A stretch of DNA of 64,000 nucleotides from Dehalococcoidia bacterium (GTDB lineage: Bacteria; Chloroflexota; Dehalococcoidia; UBA2979): assembly GCA_965262725.1 (NCBI GenBank), contig OZ253555.1, positions 256,001-320,000 on the forward strand, in the 5' to 3' direction. The position numbers and the translations under genes were made by a program. Positions 61,022 to 64,000 of this stretch are shown here, piece by piece (position 1 is the stretch's first letter; each line of letters starts with the position of its first letter). Below the pieces are notes generated by a model. The model saw only the letters and a list, made by a program, of their open reading frames with translations. It had not been told where the DNA came from and did not search any database.

Positions 61022-62792
61022 TCAGTCGGAATTCTCTGCCTGCCCCAGCGGGGGCTCGGTCGGGGCATTCAATATCGCCTTCTTGACCTCATCCGAGAAG
61101 TCCCGTTGTAGGGTCAGGGGCTGGCGCGGTGCGAGCCGTAGGCGGTGGCGCATCAGTTCCAAGCCGGTTTCCCGGTGGTGCCCAACTCCACGGCCATAGC
61201 AGCGTCCGTCTCCAGCCCCTGCCACATCGAACCGGACGTGAGGTTCTCCCTCATCCGGCTCACCGATGCCCTTCACCAGATGGCATGCAGCGCTCCCCAC
61301 AACGTGGGTCGTGCCTTGGCCAGCCGGTACAGCATGTGCGGAGAGCCTCGAACCCTACCAAGTGGTTGCTAGCCCCGAGGGGCACTCACCAGTCCACACC
61401 CCCAGCAACATGCACGGACAAAGTAGGGGTCCTTCCCATCACCGGCGGTTATGTTGTCCGTCCGGCTCCAGCGGTACTACGACCCCCTCCGCCACCCTTC
61501 CGGCTGGCTGTCCACTTCCCGGCTCTGACCGGTTATAGGACGCCTCGCTCCGACGCCCTCTCACAGGGTGCCGGGCCGGGGAGGGCTTCTCCGGTTCCCG
61601 TCGCTACCTTCCGTACGTTCCACGTCCCATACGCCGGGAGGTTTCTTGAGGCTGCATTCCAGGATCTTCACCTCGTCCATGGCCTTCGCCCTGACCACCC
61701 GGGCTCGGCTCCTCCTTGGTCCTGTCAATAGACAGGCGAGTCTCACGGCGCGGCAGACTTCGCGTCATGCTGCGGACCGCACGTTTGCTCCCCCTCATAG
61801 GGCTCTTGACGTCGGGCTTCGACGCAGACCGTTTCCCGTCCACGCCGCCGACCTGCTAACGGGCCTCCTGACAGTTACCCGTGCCGGACTCTCACCGGCT
61901 GGCAGCAACGAGCATGTCTCCGGACCGGTCACGTCATCACGTCACCACCCCTTCGACTTCCGGACGCACGCAGCACCCACTCGAGGTATCCGGGATCCTC
62001 GCTTCTGACGTCCACCAGCGCACGGCCGGCGTACCTCCCGAAGTTCATCAGGACCCTACCGTCGCGCCACACAAGCCTCCCATCGGGGTCGAGCCACGAT
62101 GGGTCGGGGCGTCGCTGGCCCGAGAGACGATCGAGTTCCTTGAGTTCGGTGGGGAGATTTGCGTAACGCTCGAACTGTCCCCACAGCACCTCAACCGAGC
62201 TCATCGCGTCGGCGATCGCGCTGTGCGCAGCTTCGATCTCTCGCCCCGTGTAGAAGTCGACGGCCGCCGCCAGGTCCCTGCGTTCGCGATCGTGAAAGAT
62301 CCTGAGGGCGTCCACGACCCACCGATGGGAGATCGAGAACTCGATCCCCGCCCGGCGGAACTCTGCCTCCAGCAGCGGAATGTCGAAGCGGACGACACCG
62401 AAGCCCGCGAGATCGCAGTCGAGCAGGAACTCGGCCACCGCCGGCGCCGTCTCGGCGAACACTGGCCGCTCGGCAACGAGCTCGTCGGTGATCCCGTGCA
62501 CCGCGCTGGCCCCCGCTGGTATGGGGACGCCGGGATTGACTCTCGTGTGGAGGAGTTCGGTCTCCCCCGACGGGTACAGCTTGATTGCACCGATCTCCAC
62601 GATGCGGTCGCTCAGCGGGTCCGTTCCCGTCGTCTCGAGATCGATGAAGACGAGCGGGCGGAGCAGGCCGAGCCGGCCCGCGAGCTCGCGAGCCTTCGGC
62701 TCTAGCGTGCTGGGCCGCTGCGCGAGCCTCCTGGCTCCGTGATCGTCCGACGATACGCTCTCGATGAGGTGCTCCCTATCAGTCGCCCACAA
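61022..62792 (-). CDS. DEDD 3'-5' exonuclease (DnaQ-like, about 302 aa when spliced), interrupted by ORF-less intron copy 3
   Basis: FIDLETTG, FD and AHSAIADA motifs. Splicing joins YLEWVL-Q-RDFSDEVK. Start codon uncertain. Confidence 0.85.
61108..61969 (-). mobile_element. ORF-less group II intron, copy 3 (862 nt)
   Basis: GTGCG...CCCTAC ends; same sequence as copy 2 by eye; no TSD. Confidence 0.95.
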
Positions 62793-64000
62793 CGGTGAAG
62801 CGGCCACTGTCGCTGCGTCCGAAAACCTCTGGGAAATACGACTCCTCGGCGCGGGCGGGCGGGACGATGAACTCTCCGGGCGTCGTCGCGCGGGCGTAGT
62901 ACACGTACTCATGCACGCCGCGCGGAAGCGAGCTGGCCTGCAGCACGAGGCGGTCGTCGCGGATGTCGACGTGCCGCCACGGGCTGTAGTACCAGGCATA
63001 CCAGGGCGCGTAGTCCTCCGGCGCCGATTCCAGGCGGGTCGAGCGGCGGTCGGCCTCCAGCTGCTGGATCAGCTCGGGCGCGACGGTGCGCAGCTTCGGG
63101 TTGATCGGTTCGAGGCCCGACGGCAGGAAGTCCTCGACCAGGACGAACAGGCGGTCGTGCGGAGCCACGATCGTGACCTGGACGCGGACCACATCGCCGA
63201 GACTGGCGCTGGTGACGACCTCGTCGGGCTCGCCCAGCAGCGAGTAGCGGTGGGAGATCGCCAGTCCGCGGTTGAGGGCTTCGATGCCGAGCGCGGGCGT
63301 GACGTAGCGGAGGTTGAGACCGTAGTACATGCGGCCGGGATCAGTGCTGCGCTGGAGCTGGACCCGGCTGACCTCGCCCAGCGGCAGGTCGACGAGCGGG
63401 ATCTCCGTGCCATCCAGGTAGTCGCCGGCCGGCACGTCGAAGGTGCCGTCCAGCACCTCGCGCGTATTGAGCCAGACGGAGTAGTCGTACCGGCCGAGCG
63501 TCTCCCCGGTGAGCTGCGCGTAGGCCCCGAGCGAGGACATGCCCTGTGCACGCGCGACCGTAGTCTTCCACTTGCCCAGCGAGCGCGCATGCACGAGCCA
63601 GCGCACGGTCTCCTCGATCAGCGGGTGCCTGGAATCGACCTCCGTCAGGGCGCGCAGCACGAGGGCGGTGGTGCGGACGCTGCTGTTGTGCATCGAGCCG
63701 GCGCGTCGCTCATCCTCCCAGTGGTTCCCGTTCGCGCTGGCGATGATGTCCGCCGTCAGGTCGTTGAGGAGCTGCCGCACGGGTTCCACGGAGACATCGT
63801 GCCCGGTGGCGAGCAGCCCGAGCAGCAGGTAGGCGCGGCCCCAGTTGGTGAGGCGCGAGCGCTCCTGCTCCACGGTGGATCGCATCGCGGGGGCGTGCAC
63901 GTAGGGGACGAATCCGCTCTGACCCCAGGCTGCTGTCAGCGCGTACAAGAGGAACGCGTTCTGGTTGGGGTCGACCGGGGAGATCACATCCGCCCGGCGA
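62779..64000 (-). CDS. Alpha-2-macroglobulin-family protein, C-terminal part (5' end outside the window)
   Basis: VEDFLPSGLEPIN, DIRDDR and YYARATTPGEF.VPPA.AEE.YFPEVFGRS motifs. Confidence 0.9.
   Translation of the reverse strand, partial: RRADVISPVDPNQNAFLLYALTAAWGQSGFVPYVHAPAMRSTVEQERSRLTNWGRAYLLLGLLATGHDVSVEPVRQLLNDLTADIIASANGNHWEDERRAGSMHNSSVRTTALVLRALTEVDSRHPLIEETVRWLVHARSLGKWKTTVARAQGMSSLGAYAQLTGETLGRYDYSVWLNTREVLDGTFDVPAGDYLDGTEIPLVDLPLGEVSRVQLQRSTDPGRMYYGLNLRYVTPALGIEALNRGLAISHRYSLLGEPDEVVTSASLGDVVRVQVTIVAPHDRLFVLVEDFLPSGLEPINPKLRTVAPELIQQLEADRRSTRLESAPEDYAPWYAWYYSPWRHVDIRDDRLVLQASSLPRGVHEYVYYARATTPGEFIVPPARAEESYFPEVFGRSDSGRFTVVGD

Overview
High-GC bacterial window, probably from a host-associated Chloroflexota-like genome (inferred from the many LRR/NHL/RCC1 repeat proteins and the high IS load). 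It has four parts. (1) An IS-rich left arm (IS5, IS3/IS481 remnants, IS21 with a nested IS256, IS110 remnant) around repeat-rich secreted proteins, plus a cluster of intact and decayed toxin-antitoxin modules (17-25 kb). (2) A nested mobile-element stack at 33-44 kb. (3) A sulfur-carrier-based Cys/Met biosynthesis cluster with a SAM-I riboswitch, next to folK/folP (44-55 kb). (4) A disrupted Abi/DRT-type reverse transcriptase, a DEDD exonuclease and an alpha-2-macroglobulin 3' end. The main finding is a two-member group II intron system: one RT-encoding intron (38827-41762) and three apparently identical 862-nt ORF-less relatives. The ORF-less introns carry different putative EBS1/EBS2/EBS3 guides, and these match their own insertion sites. 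One copy sits inside the RT gene of its likely helper, one interrupts a host exonuclease gene (precise splicing restores both frames), and one carries an IS21 in domain IV. All alignments were done by eye; no searches were run.
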